Of a stretch of 64,000 nucleotides of DNA, positions 8,110 to 19,305 are shown one piece after another (positions within the stretch are counted from its first letter, which is position 1; each line of letters begins with the position of its first letter). The position numbers and the translations under genes were made by a program. A model generated the notes under the pieces. That model was not told where the DNA came from. It made no database searches and saw only the letters and a program-made list of their open reading frames with translations. Origin of the DNA: an uncultured Alphaproteobacteria bacterium (GTDB taxonomy: Bacteria > Pseudomonadota > Alphaproteobacteria > Rhizobiales > Methyloligellaceae); assembly GCA_963839245.1 (NCBI GenBank), contig CAWIUJ010000002.1, positions 125,795-189,794 of the forward strand, given 5' to 3'.

Positions 8110-10836
8110 TTAATAGGGCTGGATGAGACGTTCCAGATAGTCGAGCTCGATGGTCGGGCGCTGCGGATCGCCGAGGCGGCGGCGCAGTTCGTCAAGCACC
8201 TCGCGCGCGCGCTGAATGTCGATCTCATCGGGAACCTTCACGCTGAGACCGAGATCCGGCCGGTTGGCGCGATCGGTGCGTCCGAGCGGGTCGCGTCCGT
8301 TATTGCTCTCGCCTTTGCCCTTGCCGGGGTTTTCGCCGTCTTCATTTGCCTGCATCTGCTCGGCCAGGGACTGCGCGCCCTTGCGCAGCTGATCGAGTGC
8401 CTGCCCCTGCTGCTGGGTTGCGCGGTCTAGCTTGTCCGCGCCGATCGCATCTTTCGCATCGTTCATCGCCTTGCCGGCATTCTCGAACTCGTCGGGCGTC
8501 TTGGCGCCTTCGATGCGCAAGCGGTCGACCAGGCTCTGCAGCTGGTCGCGCAGCTCGCCTTGGCGGCTGGCGAGCCCGCCGGACTGGCCAGGTCGCGGGC
8601 GCTGGCCATTTTGGCCGCTCTGTTGGCTGTTGCGGCCGGACTTTCCCTGCTGGCTCTGGTCGCCTTCACCACTACTGTCTTGTCCGGCTCGGCTGTCTTC
8701 CGCGTCGCCTTGCTGCTCGGGCATGCCGAACGGCGCCATGGAGATGCCTTGCCCGAATTCCATGGGCTGGCCGGGCGGGCTCACCGCGAACCCTGAATCG
8801 TCCTTCTTCTTACGTTTGGCGTCGAACGTATCGTCGAGCAGCTTTTGCTGCTTGCTGACGACGTCGTTCAGATCCTTCATCATCTTGGCCGAGCGCTGCT
8901 GCTTGGCATCATCCGAGAATGTTCCCGTTTGCAGCCGCTCGAGAACGTCCTTCAGCTCGCTCAACATTTGCTCGGCGAGATCCTTCGATCCCGCCTTGGC
9001 CAGCTTCTCGATGTTGTTGAGCATCTTGTCGAGATCCTGCCGGGAGATGAGCTGATCGCCATTCTGTTTTTCCTGCGGCGGGAGATTGCCCTTCTGCTGG
9101 GCCTGCTCGGCCATGGCCTGCAGATAGCGCGACAGGGCGTTGCGCAGCTCATCGACGAGGCGCTTGATCTCCTCGGGCGATGCGTTCTCCTTGAGCGCTT
9201 TTGCCAGCTCGTCCTGCGCCTGCTTGACGTCGCGCTCGGCCTCCGGCAGGTCGCCATCCTCGATGCGCAGCGCCACGTTCCACAATTGATCGACGACACT
9301 GCCGATGGCCTGCGGCGACCGGTCGGTCTCGAGCCGCCAATAGGCATCGCGCAAGGCGGTATAGACGGCGCTGTCCTCGATCACCCGCTCGCCGCCGAGC
9401 GTCAGCGCATCCAAAGCCCGCGCGACTAGGTCGGCGCTGTCCCGTTCGCGCACGAGCTTCTTCCGCTGCTCGACTACCGCCTTGGCGAGGGGCTTGGTGA
9501 ATTTGCGCTCGGGCAGGATGAATTCGTAAGGCTGGCTTGTGCCCGTCTGCCCCGCCTGATCGCGAGCAGCAAGCGTCATGCGCACCTTAAGGCCCGCCCA
9601 AGGGTGAGCGGTGAGGTCCTGCGAGGCCTTGCCATCGATTTGCCTGGCATTGGCGCGCGGCAGCTGTAGCGGCATGACCGGCGGCTCGCGCAACGGATCG
9701 GCCTGCACCTTGCCGTCGGCCGTTGCCGGAGCCTGCAGCCCCGCGTCTTTCGCGCCGGCCAGCGCAAACCTCGCCTCGGCGCTCGCCACGCCGTGATCGT
9801 CGTTGGCGCGGAAGCTCAAGCGCAAGGCGCCACGCGCGGTCGCGGTCGGATCGCCCATGAGGCTGATCTGCGGCGCTTCATCCTTGATCAGCTCGAAGCG
9901 CCATTTGGCAACGGTGTGGCCACCGACCTGCACGTCGGCAGCGCCGGGAGAGGTCAACGGCATGCTGAATTCGACCAGGCCTTGGCTGCCGGTCGTCTTC
10001 GGCGCGACGGTTTTCGGCTCCGAGCCGTCGTCGGCGCTGGCGACCAGGCCGACGCTTTCGCCTTGCGGCGAATAAGCCCTGACGATCAGCTCGCTCCGTT
10101 CGGGGACGGACAGCGCGCGAAACGTCTCCGACCCCGCGCCCACCGGCTCGCTACCGTCGGCGAGCACGATTGGGGCGATCCCGGTATAGACCGGCGGGGT
10201 CACCCAGGCATCGAGGCGAAGCGGTGCCGCGGCGGCGCTGGGCGCAGGGGTGAAGGCAGCGGTGAGGCGATCCCACCGATTGGGGCCGGCCGCGAGCGCC
10301 GTCACGATCAGGACGAGCAGAAGCGCGGCGCGGAGCGCGTAAGGGTCGTTGCGGTCGGTCCGCGGGTTCGGCCAGGTCGGCTTGAGCTTCGCAACCAGCT
10401 TGGCGAGCCGCGCGCGGTGAGCGGCCCACAGCAGGGCGGTGTCGCCACGGGGCGGGCTGGCGAGCCGGTCTTCATAGGAGGAGGCCGGCCGGTGCTTGAT
10501 GTCGGCGTGCAGCTCCAGCCGGCGGAGCGCCTCGGCCCGGGTCGGCACGCTCAAGCGAATAAGCGGCAGGAAGGAAACGAGCAAGGCTAGGCCGAAACCC
10601 CCGAGCAGGATGCGGTGGGCAAGCGGTGGCAAAAGGCCCCAGAGCTCGAGCAGCGAAAAGATGAGAAAGGCCGAAAGCACGACGAACGGCCAGAGCAGCG
10701 CCTCCCAGGCGCGCTCGCCAAAGAGCGCGAGCCTGCTCAGGCGCACGCGCCATTCGAATTGCCGAGCGAGCGTCTTGTCCTCCGGAGTTTCCGGCGGGGT
10801 TCGTTTCTGACCGAGTACAGGTCGCATCATCACCAC
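8110..10836 (-). CDS. TIGR02302/DUF4175-type membrane-anchored coiled-coil protein
   Basis: 908 aa; ERAWEALLWP, DPYALRA, LDAWVTPPVYTG, LPERKFTKPLAKAVVEQR, GRDPLGR, RAREVLDELRRR, LDYLERL; adjacent to lysA. Confidence 0.88.
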   Translation of the reverse strand: MVMMRPVLGQKRTPPETPEDKTLARQFEWRVRLSRLALFGERAWEALLWPFVVLSAFLIFSLLELWGLLPPLAHRILLGGFGLALLVSFLPLIRLSVPTRAEALRRLELHADIKHRPASSYEDRLASPPRGDTALLWAAHRARLAKLVAKLKPTWPNPRTDRNDPYALRAALLLVLIVTALAAGPNRWDRLTAAFTPAPSAAAAPLRLDAWVTPPVYTGIAPIVLADGSEPVGAGSETFRALSVPERSELIVRAYSPQGESVGLVASADDGSEPKTVAPKTTGSQGLVEFSMPLTSPGAADVQVGGHTVAKWRFELIKDEAPQISLMGDPTATARGALRLSFRANDDHGVASAEARFALAGAKDAGLQAPATADGKVQADPLREPPVMPLQLPRANARQIDGKASQDLTAHPWAGLKVRMTLAARDQAGQTGTSQPYEFILPERKFTKPLAKAVVEQRKKLVRERDSADLVARALDALTLGGERVIEDSAVYTALRDAYWRLETDRSPQAIGSVVDQLWNVALRIEDGDLPEAERDVKQAQDELAKALKENASPEEIKRLVDELRNALSRYLQAMAEQAQQKGNLPPQEKQNGDQLISRQDLDKMLNNIEKLAKAGSKDLAEQMLSELKDVLERLQTGTFSDDAKQQRSAKMMKDLNDVVSKQQKLLDDTFDAKRKKKDDSGFAVSPPGQPMEFGQGISMAPFGMPEQQGDAEDSRAGQDSSGEGDQSQQGKSGRNSQQSGQNGQRPRPGQSGGLASRQGELRDQLQSLVDRLRIEGAKTPDEFENAGKAMNDAKDAIGADKLDRATQQQGQALDQLRKGAQSLAEQMQANEDGENPGKGKGESNNGRDPLGRTDRANRPDLGLSVKVPDEIDIQRAREVLDELRRRLGDPQRPTIELDYLERLIQPY

Positions 10837-10941
10837 AGGCCTAGCACAAAGCGTGGGTCACGCGGGTAACTTGGGGATCGAAGCGGGCGAATGGGAGGCC
10901 CCGGTACACGCGATCTTTCCGGCCAACCGGGTCCTACCGGC

Positions 10942-12246
10942 TCAAGCCCGGAGCGCGCGCCTTCGTTCCGGCCAATCGGGCAGCCGTTCCGCCGCCAGCA
11001 TGTCCTCATAGCCCGGCCTTGGCCGCGTCACCGCAAAGCGGTTGCCCGACACCAGGATCTCAGGCACCAATAGCCGACTATTATATTGCGAGGCGAGCAC
11101 GGCGCCATAGGCTCCGGCCGTCATCACGGCAATGAGATCACCGGCGCGAAGCTCCGGCAGCGGCCGCGCCAGCGCCAGATAATCGCCTGTCTCGCACACC
11201 GGACCCACCACATCGGTGGCGATGGCCGCCGCGTCGGGCGCTGGCTCCGTCACGGGCCAAATCTCGTGATAGGCCTCGTAAAGCGTCGGGCGGATCAGGT
11301 CGTTCATCGCCGCGTCGACGATGGTGAAGGTCTTCGGCTCGCCGTGCTTCACATAGAGAACGCGGGAGACGAGGATGCCGGCGTTGGCGGCGATCATGCG
11401 CCCGGGCTCGAATAGGAGCTTGCAGCCAAGATCGCCGACCGCGTCCTTGACGAGCTTGCCGTATTCCTCGGGGAGGGGCGGCGCCGGCGCGTCGCTCCGA
11501 TAGGGCACGCCGAGGCCGCCGCCGAGATTGACGAAGTCGATGGCGAAGCCATCGGCCCTGAGCTCGCCTACAAGGTCCTTCAATAGCGCGAAGGCATTGC
11601 GGAAGGGATCGAGGTCGGTGATCTGGCTGCCGATATGCATATGCACGCCGCGAGGCTCGATGCCGGGCAGCTCGCGTGCCAGGCGATAGAGCGGCAGGGC
11701 TTCTGCGAAGGGGACGCCGAACTTGTTCTCGGCTTTGCCGGTCGCGATCTTGTGATGGGTCTTGGCGTCGACATCGGGATTGACGCGGAGCGCAATGCGC
11801 GCGTGCTTGCCGAGCGCTTCGGCAACCTCGCTCAACAGGCGAAGCTCTGGCTCGGACTCGACGTTGAAGGCGAAGATGCCTTGCTCTAGCGCGTAGGTCA
11901 TCTCGGCCCTGGTCTTGCCGACGCCGGAGAAGGCGATCTTCTCGGGGGCCACGCCAACGGCGAGCACGCGTCGCAGCTCGCCTTCCGACACTACATCCAT
12001 GCCGGCGCCGAGACGGGCGAGGGTGGCGAGAACGGCGAGGTTGGAATTGGCTTTGACGGAGAAGCAGACCTTGGCATCCGTGCCGTCAAATGCCTCGGCG
12101 AAGACGCGGTAGTGGCGCTCGAGCGTCGCCGTCGAATAGCAATAGAAGGGCGTGCCGACGGCCTGGGCGAGGTCGGAAAGGCTGACCTCCTCGGCGTGGA
12201 GGACGCTCGCGCCGCCAGCGGCTCGCCGATAGACAAAGTGATGCAT
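10942..12246 (-). CDS. lysA: Diaminopimelate decarboxylase
   Basis: FSVKANSN PLP lysine, HMHIGSQI, EPGR, VGPVCETGD, GAYG motifs. Confidence 0.96.
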   Translation of the reverse strand: MHHFVYRRAAGGASVLHAEEVSLSDLAQAVGTPFYCYSTATLERHYRVFAEAFDGTDAKVCFSVKANSNLAVLATLARLGAGMDVVSEGELRRVLAVGVAPEKIAFSGVGKTRAEMTYALEQGIFAFNVESEPELRLLSEVAEALGKHARIALRVNPDVDAKTHHKIATGKAENKFGVPFAEALPLYRLARELPGIEPRGVHMHIGSQITDLDPFRNAFALLKDLVGELRADGFAIDFVNLGGGLGVPYRSDAPAPPLPEEYGKLVKDAVGDLGCKLLFEPGRMIAANAGILVSRVLYVKHGEPKTFTIVDAAMNDLIRPTLYEAYHEIWPVTEPAPDAAAIATDVVGPVCETGDYLALARPLPELRAGDLIAVMTAGAYGAVLASQYNSRLLVPEILVSGNRFAVTRPRPGYEDMLAAERLPDWPERRRALRA

Positions 12247-12263
12247 GGGAGGCTTATGAAGCC

Positions 12264-12449
12264 TTATTGGATCAGGCGGTCAATCCATAGGCGCCGGTTG
12301 GGCGTCTGCGACATCTTGGTGGATGGATCGGCCTTGGTCTCGGGATAACCGGGCCTCGGCCGCTCGAGCGAGCCGCGGCGCCCGCAGGCACTTAGTCCCA
12401 CGCCCAAGACCAGCGCAATGATAAGGAGGGCGCGTAAAGCGCTTCCCAT
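12264..12449 (-). CDS. Small lipoprotein (LptM/YifL-like)
   Basis: Lipobox LSAC followed by GRRGSLERP; between argH and lysA. Confidence 0.8.
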   Translation of the reverse strand: MGSALRALLIIALVLGVGLSACGRRGSLERPRPGYPETKADPSTKMSQTPNRRLWIDRLIQ

Positions 12450-12495
12450 GGTCCGTGCCCCTTTGACCTAGACCTTAACGGTCCTTTCACTCCTT

Positions 12496-13893
12496 TTATC
12501 GCGCTTCGCCATCCTTCTTCAAACGCTTTATCCATTTTCTGGCCTCCCGCCGCACATTTGCAGGGGCTGTGCCCCCATAAGAGGTGCGGCTCTTGACCGA
12601 TTTCGTGACATCGAGCACGGCAAACACGCCGTCAGTGAGTCGCGGATCGACCGATTGGAGGTCGGCAAGGGTGAGCTTGCCGAGATCGCAGGCCTTGGTA
12701 TCGGCGAGGGCCACGATGCGGCCGGTGACGTGGTGAGCCTCCCGGAACGGGAGACCCGCCTCGCGCACTAGCCAGTCGGCGAGGTCGGTGGCGGTGGCGT
12801 GACCTCTGCCGGCCGCCTTCTTCATGGCGCGCGGGTCCGGTTCGAGATCGCCCACCATGCCGGTCATGGCGGCGAGCCCAAGCTTCAGCGCGATCAGCGC
12901 GTCGAAGGTGGGCTCCTTGTCCTCCTGCATGTCCTTGGCGTAGGCGAGCGGCAGCCCCTTCATCACGATGAGCAGCGTGATGAACGCTCCGCCGATGCGG
13001 CCGGTCTTGGCGCGAACGAGCTCGGCCGCGTCGGGGTTGCGCTTCTGCGGCATGATCGATGAGCCGGTCGAGTACCGGTCGGAGAGGCGGGCAAAGCCGA
13101 ATTGCGGCGAGGTCCACAGCACCATCTCTTCCGCCAGCCGCGACAAATGCATGGCGGCAATCGAGGCGGCGGCCAGGGTCTCCAGCGCGAAATCGCGGTC
13201 GGACACCGCGTCGAGCGAATTGGCTGTCGGTCTCGCAAAGGACAGCGCCTTCGCCGTCATCTCGCGATCGATGGCGAAGCTCGTGCCGGCGAGCGCGGCG
13301 GCGCCCAAAGGGCATTCGTTGAGGCGTTTGCTCGCATCGGCGAACCGTCCCCGGTCGCGGGCCAGCATCTCGACATAAGCGAGGTAGTGATGGCCGAAGG
13401 TCACGGGCTGCGCGGTTTGCAGATGGGTGAAGCCGGGCATTACCGTGGCCGCATGGGCCAAGGCCTGCTCCGCGAGCGCCCGCTGAAGCTCGGCCAGCAG
13501 ACCGTCGATCGCGGCAATCTCGTCCCGGACATAAAGGCGGAAGTCGGTCGCCACCTGATCGTTGCGCGAGCGCGCCGTATGCAGCTTGCCGGCGAGGGGT
13601 CCGATCAGCTCGGCCAAGCGGCTCTCGACGTTCAGATGGATGTCCTCAAGGGCGCGGATGAAGTCGAAGGTGCCGCCCTCGATCTCGGCCGCGATCATGT
13701 CGAGGCCGCGCGCGACCTCATTCGCCTCGCCGGGCGTGATGATGCCGGTCGCGCCAAGCATGGCGGCATGGGCCTTGGACGCAAGAATATCGTGCCGCCA
13801 GAGGCGCTTGTCGAAGTCGATGGAGGCGTTTATCTCCTCCATGATCGCGGCCGGGCTCGATGCGAAACGGCCGCCCCACATGGTGTTGGTCAC
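12496..13893 (-). CDS. argH: Argininosuccinate lyase
   Basis: [40 protein letters not shown] signature. Confidence 0.97.
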   Translation of the reverse strand: MTNTMWGGRFASSPAAIMEEINASIDFDKRLWRHDILASKAHAAMLGATGIITPGEANEVARGLDMIAAEIEGGTFDFIRALEDIHLNVESRLAELIGPLAGKLHTARSRNDQVATDFRLYVRDEIAAIDGLLAELQRALAEQALAHAATVMPGFTHLQTAQPVTFGHHYLAYVEMLARDRGRFADASKRLNECPLGAAALAGTSFAIDREMTAKALSFARPTANSLDAVSDRDFALETLAAASIAAMHLSRLAEEMVLWTSPQFGFARLSDRYSTGSSIMPQKRNPDAAELVRAKTGRIGGAFITLLIVMKGLPLAYAKDMQEDKEPTFDALIALKLGLAAMTGMVGDLEPDPRAMKKAAGRGHATATDLADWLVREAGLPFREAHHVTGRIVALADTKACDLGKLTLADLQSVDPRLTDGVFAVLDVTKSVKSRTSYGGTAPANVRREARKWIKRLKKDGEAR

Positions 13894-13919
13894 AACGATC
13901 GTGCCTTGTTCAGGGCGAG

Positions 13920-14636
13920 GTGAGCGAGGAAGACGTGGACAGAAGCGAAAAACGTGACCGCGACGCGTCGCCGGCCACCATTGTCATCGCTGCGGTACTT
14001 GCGGCGATCGCCGGGTTCGGCACGGTATATGTGAGTTTTGCCCCTTCTGACAATGGCCGCATCGCCGTTTCGTCCCTCAAGCAAGGCGAAGGGTCTCCGC
14101 CAGAGCCGTCCGCCGTCGGGAGCGCGGGCGCTGCCAGTCAGAGCCCGCTGGCCGGTCTGAACACGGGCGCGATGGCGGCATTCGTGGCGCGGCCGAAGCC
14201 GCTCGACCTCCCGCCGGTCGCTTTCGTAAACGCGGAGGGCGCGACGAAGTCCTTAAGCGGCTGGCACGGCAAGATCGTGCTCCTCAATATCTGGGCCACC
14301 TGGTGCGTGCCCTGCCGGGAGGAGATGCCGACGCTCGACAGGCTGCAAGCGGAGCTCGGCGGCAAGGATTTCGACGCGGTCGCGGTCAATATCGACCGGG
14401 GCGGGGGCGACAAGCCCAAGAGCTTCCTGGCCGAGACGGGCGCCACGCATTTGCAGCTCTACACCGATCCCCCGGGCAAACTGTTCGGCACGCTGAAGGC
14501 GGTTGGCATGCCGACGACGCTGCTGCTTGACCGGGAGGGCCGCGAGATCGGCCGCCTGGTCGGACCCGCGGACTGGGATTCGCCCGAGGCGCTCGCTCTG
14601 ATCAAGGCCGCGATCGCCGCGCCGGGAAGCGCATGA
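13920..14636 (+). CDS. tlpA: TlpA family membrane-anchored thiol:disulfide reductase
   Basis: N-terminal [20 protein letters not shown] (CxxC), GMPTTLL; divergent from argH. Confidence 0.9.
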   Translation: MSEEDVDRSEKRDRDASPATIVIAAVLAAIAGFGTVYVSFAPSDNGRIAVSSLKQGEGSPPEPSAVGSAGAASQSPLAGLNTGAMAAFVARPKPLDLPPVAFVNAEGATKSLSGWHGKIVLLNIWATWCVPCREEMPTLDRLQAELGGKDFDAVAVNIDRGGGDKPKSFLAETGATHLQLYTDPPGKLFGTLKAVGMPTTLLLDREGREIGRLVGPADWDSPEALALIKAAIAAPGSA

Positions 14637-14663
14637 GCTTTTCTTGCGAAAGGAGTCGTAGCG

Positions 14664-15212
14664 ATGGGCTCCGTGGGCATCGATGAGATTATCCGCTTCT
14701 GGTTCGAGGAGCTCACGCCTAAGGACTGGTTCCGCAAGGACGAGGCGGTTGACGCCACCATCGCCTCCCGCTTCGGCGCGACCTATCGCGAACTTTGCTC
14801 AAGCGTGCCCGCATCCTGGCTCGATACGCCGGAGGGCATCCTAGCGGCGATTCTCGTGTTCGATCAGTTTCCCCGCAACATGTTCCGACGCGATGCGCGT
14901 GCTTTCGCCACCGACGAGCCCGCGCTTGCCCTCGCCAAGCGGGCAATCGCCGAGGGCGTCGACGCCAAGCTCACCCCCGAACAGCGCGCCTTCATCTACG
15001 TGCCGTTCCAGCACTCGGAAGATAATGCTGACCAGGCGCGCTCAGTGGCCCTGTTCACCGCGCTCGGGCAGCCGCTCGGGCTCGATTTCGCGCTTCGGCA
15101 TCAGGCGATCATCGATCGCTTCGGTCGCTTTCCACACCGCAACGCAATTCTCGGCCGGACATCGACGCAAGAGGAGCTGACGTTCCTGGCCGAACCGGGC
15201 TCGTCCTTCTGA
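14664..15212 (+). CDS. DUF924 family protein
   Basis: IIRFWF, DQFPRNMFR, FIYVPFQHSE, IIDRFGRFPHRNAILGR. Confidence 0.9.
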   Translation: MGSVGIDEIIRFWFEELTPKDWFRKDEAVDATIASRFGATYRELCSSVPASWLDTPEGILAAILVFDQFPRNMFRRDARAFATDEPALALAKRAIAEGVDAKLTPEQRAFIYVPFQHSEDNADQARSVALFTALGQPLGLDFALRHQAIIDRFGRFPHRNAILGRTSTQEELTFLAEPGSSF

Positions 15213-15219
15213 ACGCTCG

Positions 15220-15698
15220 CTAGGGCGCGGGCACGATGGCGGTCTTGTCGAGGCGGAACGTGAAATTGCAGGTCTGGCTACTCGGCCTGTCGCAAGCCGT
15301 GCTCGGCCTGCAACACGCGCTTGCCCCTGCTCTTGCCGAATTTGTAACTGTGCACAGGCTCCTCGAACGCCAAGTTCCAGGCGGTGCCGCCGTCCCCACA
15401 GAAAGATCTGCAGCGTGCAGCCGTTGGCGCCGCACATTTGGTTGATGCCGCCTTCGCATTTCAGCTTTGCGTAGTCGACGATCCAGTCCTCGCCGACGTC
15501 GCCGTTCAGATCATCGAGGCTGAGCACGGCGTCGGCATTGGGTGTGCCCTCGAGATCCTTGCAGGATTGGACCGCCTCGGCGACTTCTGCCTGGACATTG
15601 TCGGGCGGTTCGGCGGCGCGCGCGGACAGGATGCCGCCAAACACGAGCAGCGCGGCAAGAGCCCTTCGGGCGGTAGGCGTCGCGATGCTGGCGGGCAA
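15220..15698 (-). pseudogene. Exported Cys-containing hypothetical protein with two frameshifts
   Basis: Signal peptide ...SARAA-EPP, then CKDLEG, CEGG, CGANGCTLQIFLW. Removing one base in the 15394-15397 run restores DGGTAWNLAFEEPVHSYKFGKSRGKRVLQAE; a second shift near 15300 gives ACDRPSSQTCNFTFRLDKTAIVPAP-stop. Confidence 0.65.
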
Positions 15699-15802
15699 GA
15701 CAGTCTCCGGGCGGGCTTGGCTGAGCTCGGCCGCACGCTAGCGCCGCGGGCGGCACGGGCATAGAGCTTCGCTCGTTGAATTCGGAGAAAGCTTAACTGG
15801 GC

Positions 15803-16807
15803 TTACTCGGCTCCGGCCCTGTCCACCGGCGGGGCGGCGGCGGGGGCGCTTGCGGCGGTATTGAGGCCCTTCAGCCCGCCCTTGGCTTTGTTGCGGGCCG
15901 TGCGCACCCGCTTGGCCCTGCCGGCGCCGCAGATGTTGTCGTGCAAATGCACAGGCTCGTCGCTCAACGAGGCTTGCATCGCGAGGCCGTCGATGGTGGT
16001 GCCGAACACCGATTTCCAGAAATAGCGCTTGAAGCCGTTCTCGAGCAGATTGGCGGCACGGTCGCGCCGCGAGGCGATCGAGGGCTCGCCGAGCACCACG
16101 GCGACGAGCCGTCTGCCGTCCCGGGTGGCGCTCGCCACGATGTTGAAACCGGAATCGCAAATGAAGCCGGTCTTCATGCCGTCGGCGCCGGGAAAGTCCC
16201 GCAAGAGACCGTTATGCGACCGGATCAGCTGTTTGCCGACCTGGACCTGCGGCATCGCGAAGAGATCGGCATATTCGGGAAAATCGACGATGATCGCCCG
16301 CGTCAGCTTGGCGAGGTCGCGGGCCGTGGTGACCTGACCTTCTTGGGGAAGGCCGTTGACGTTGACGAAATGGGTCCGCGTCATCGAGAGTCGCTGAGCG
16401 GTCTCGTTCATCTGCGCGACGAACGCGTCGGTGCTCCCAGCTACCGCTTCGGCCATCATGACGGCGACGTCATTGGCGGATTTGACGACGAGGACCTTCA
16501 GTCCGATGTCGACGGTAATTTGGCCGCCTACCGCCAGGCCGAGCTTGCTTGGCGCTTGCGCTGCAGCCGCCTTCGAGCAGGTCAGCTTGGTATCCGGGGT
16601 GATCTTGCCTTCCTTCAGGGCCTGGAAGGCGACATAGGCCGTCATCAGCTTAGTCAGCGATGCCGGGAACCAGGCGACGTCAGGATCTTCCGAATAGAAC
16701 ACCGTTCCGTTGGAGGGCTCGAATACGAGAGCCGGCCCGGCAGGCGCAGCCGAAGGAGCGAACAGCAACGCTCCAACGAGAAGGCCGAGGTCGGTGCGTC
16801 TCAGCAT
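15803..16807 (-). CDS. D-alanyl-D-alanine carboxypeptidase (peptidase S11)
   Basis: Signal peptide, PASLTKLMT (SxxK), KSANDVA (SxN), DGMKTGFICDSGFN (KTG). Confidence 0.92.
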   Translation of the reverse strand: MLRRTDLGLLVGALLFAPSAAPAGPALVFEPSNGTVFYSEDPDVAWFPASLTKLMTAYVAFQALKEGKITPDTKLTCSKAAAAQAPSKLGLAVGGQITVDIGLKVLVVKSANDVAVMMAEAVAGSTDAFVAQMNETAQRLSMTRTHFVNVNGLPQEGQVTTARDLAKLTRAIIVDFPEYADLFAMPQVQVGKQLIRSHNGLLRDFPGADGMKTGFICDSGFNIVASATRDGRRLVAVVLGEPSIASRRDRAANLLENGFKRYFWKSVFGTTIDGLAMQASLSDEPVHLHDNICGAGRAKRVRTARNKAKGGLKGLNTAASAPAAAPPVDRAGAE

Positions 16808-17114
16808 AAATCTTGCTCCCCCTCATTTGGGTGTCCGCCGCGTCGAGCCTGCCCCCGGCTCGTATCCCTGACAGCGCTTGAGGCCTCCAGTCGACTCCCA
16901 CCGCCTCATAGTCAATGGAAATTCGACTGTTCCGTGGCAATTGGGTGCCGCTATCCCCTCACAATTGCCGGTGGCGTTAGCACTTGCGAGAGTAACGCGC
17001 CGGTCTCAATTCGCAACTGCGAAATTGGCGCTGTCAGCACCGATCGGAAGGGACAACCGTCCTTGCCCCGCGCTATGCAGAGGACCAAATTTTCCAGGAT
17101 CGAGCTCCGGGAGG

Positions 17115-17680
17115 ATGCAAATCCGCATGGACGCAGAGACGAGGCGCCGGCAGCTGGTCGCCGCGCTCATCCGCGTCGCTGCGGGTGACCGCGCGGCGTT
17201 GCGCGTCGTCTATGCGGAGACCTCGGCGAAGCTTTTCGGCATCTGCCTCCGTATCTTGGGTGACAGAAGCAAGGCCGAAGATGTGTTGCAGGATGTCTAT
17301 CTCGCCGTGTGGCGGAAAGCCGCGAGCTTCGATGAGAGCGTGGCGAGCCCGATCACCTGGCTCGCGGTGATCGCGCGCAACCGCTCCATCGACCGTTTGC
17401 GCGCCGGCCGCGTGGTCCGCACCAGCCTGCCGATCGAGGCTGCCGACGACGTTGCCGATGCGAGCTTAAGCGCGCTGGAGCGGCTGGAGATAAGCGACGA
17501 ACAGGCAAGGCTGAGCGACTGCCTCCGGGAGCTCGAGACGCGCCAGGCGGCAGCGATCAGAGCGGCCTTCCTCGATGGGCTGACCTATGACGAGCTTGCC
17601 AGGCGCGGGTGCCGCTCGGCACCATGAAGAGCTGGATCAGACGCGGGCTCATGAAATTGAAAGTTTGTCTGGAGCGATGA
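17115..17680 (+). pseudogene. ECF sigma factor (SigK-like), frameshifted near 17605
   Basis: AEDVLQDVYLAVW, WLAVIARNRSID; after LTYDELARR the frame shifts and VPLGTMKSWIRRGLMKLKVCLER-stop continues, ending in an ATGA overlap with the anti-sigma gene. Confidence 0.85.
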
Positions 17681-18030
17681 GCGACGACGACATCATAGAT
17701 CCGGGCGATCGCCGCGATCAGGCCGCAGCCGAATATGTCCTCGGCGTGCTTGGGCCTGAGGAGCGGCGCGCGGCGGAGCTGCGTCTGGAGCGCGAGCCGA
17801 AATTCGCAGCCGAAGTGGCCTTCTGGGAGGCGCGGCTCGGCGGCCTCGCCGAGAGCGTGGCGCCGGTGCCGCCGCCCGCCAAGGTCTGGCAGCGGATCGA
17901 TGCGGCCATCTCCGCCGGCGCCAAGCCGACGCCTCAGCGCGCTGGCCTAGGGCAGAGCCTCGCCTTCTGGCGGAGCTTCGCCATCGCCTCGGCGGGACTT
18001 GCGGCGGCAAGCATCGCCGGCCTGATCTAG
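17677..18030 (+). pseudogene. Anti-sigma factor (RskA-like), truncated within or after the TM helix
   Basis: AAEYVLGVL...EVAFWEARL...PVPPPAKVWQRI...FWR; stops at 117 aa with no extracytoplasmic domain. Confidence 0.8.
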
Positions 18031-18306
18031 GGTGAAGATCACCGTCTCGTCCTCGCCGAAATTCTTGAACTGCGCCTTCACCACTGCTTGCTTTGCATCG
18101 CCGGACGTCTGCTCGACCTTGAGGTCGGATAGGGCGAAATCGTTGCCTGCACGAACATGTCGAAATCCAGCTGTAGCGGGGGTCATCCGGCGGATAGAAT
18201 GATCGGATGTAGGCGGCAGCGCTTTGGTCCTGGGCGAACGCCGGCACCATCGCCAAAGCCAACAGTCCGAATCCTGCCGCCGCAAGGCGCTGAACCCGTC
18301 GCTCAT
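18020..18306 (-). pseudogene. Remnant of an exported DUF3828/YbjP-like protein
   Basis: Fragments in three frames: GFGLLALAMVPAFAQDQSAAAYIRSFY, LDFDMFVQ, NDFALSDLKVEQ...AVVKAQFKNFGEDETVIFTL; internal deletion and missing C-terminus. Family name is tentative. Confidence 0.55.
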
Positions 18307-18312
18307 CAGCGG

Positions 18313-19200
18313 CTATTTAATGAAATAGAACGGGTTCGGCACCTTGAAATTCTTCTCGGAGAAGCCGCCGTTGAGATCACTCCACTGGTCTCCGACATTG
18401 GCGATGATCTCGTAGTCCTTCTCGATCTTGGCGCGCTCCGGGGCCTTGAAGTCGACGACGGTGTCGAGCCTGATCGCGCAGCTCTCCTTAGAGCGCAGGA
18501 TCAACTGATCGTCCTTCAAGTCGACATAGCCGGCGGCATTCAGATTGGCCATGGTCGCCTCGCGCATGTGGGGGATATCGCAGCGGCCGGTGATGAAGAA
18601 GACTTTGATGTGCTTCTCCTTGGCGACATTGAAGAGCTTGAGCGTCGGCGCAATGACCGTGTCTTGCGCGTGGATCTGCCAGGCCTCGAAGCCGCACGCG
18701 CCTTCGATCGCCAGGTCGCAGGGGCCTTTCCGGATGAAGCCATAGTCATCAGTGAGGATCGCCGGCCAGTTTGATAGGGCCGTCTCGTCGATATCGAGCA
18801 CTAGGGCGAGGCCCTTTTTTTCTGCCTCGGTCTCTTTCGGCGCGGTGTCATAATGCTCCACATAGTCGATCGCCTGATCGAGCACGGTGGCGACATCCTT
18901 GTCGTAGTCGCCGGTGCATTTGTAGTCGGAGAGCTCGCCCTTGCTCTCGGCGATGTTCTTTCGCTCCGTGATGGACACGAGATCCGGCGGCCGCGGCGCG
19001 TCGAATGACGGGCGTTTGTCATCGCAGGTCTTGGCGGCGTAATCGACCGGGCAGGTCTTCCCCAAATCCGCCGGACACGCGTTTTCGGCAAGGGCCGGAG
19101 CAAGCGTGGCTGCGAACAGCCAGAGAGCGGCAAGAGCGATGACCGCGCCGGGCGCGTTTGTCCGCAACCAAGAACGCGCGGCGCTTTTTGTCCGTGCCAT
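18313..19200 (-). CDS. Exported HAD subfamily IIIB acid phosphatase
   Basis: Signal peptide, VLDIDETALSN (DxD), FFITGR, IIANVGDQWSDLNGG, FKVPNPFYFI. Confidence 0.9.
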   Translation of the reverse strand: MARTKSAARSWLRTNAPGAVIALAALWLFAATLAPALAENACPADLGKTCPVDYAAKTCDDKRPSFDAPRPPDLVSITERKNIAESKGELSDYKCTGDYDKDVATVLDQAIDYVEHYDTAPKETEAEKKGLALVLDIDETALSNWPAILTDDYGFIRKGPCDLAIEGACGFEAWQIHAQDTVIAPTLKLFNVAKEKHIKVFFITGRCDIPHMREATMANLNAAGYVDLKDDQLILRSKESCAIRLDTVVDFKAPERAKIEKDYEIIANVGDQWSDLNGGFSEKNFKVPNPFYFIK

Positions 19201-19305
19201 TCAACTCTCCATTGGCAAGATGGTCGTTTTGGCAGAGAGCTGAATCTTACGCACGCAACATGACAATTGTGCCGAGGCCCTTTGCTCCGCCCCGATCTGC
19301 CCGCC

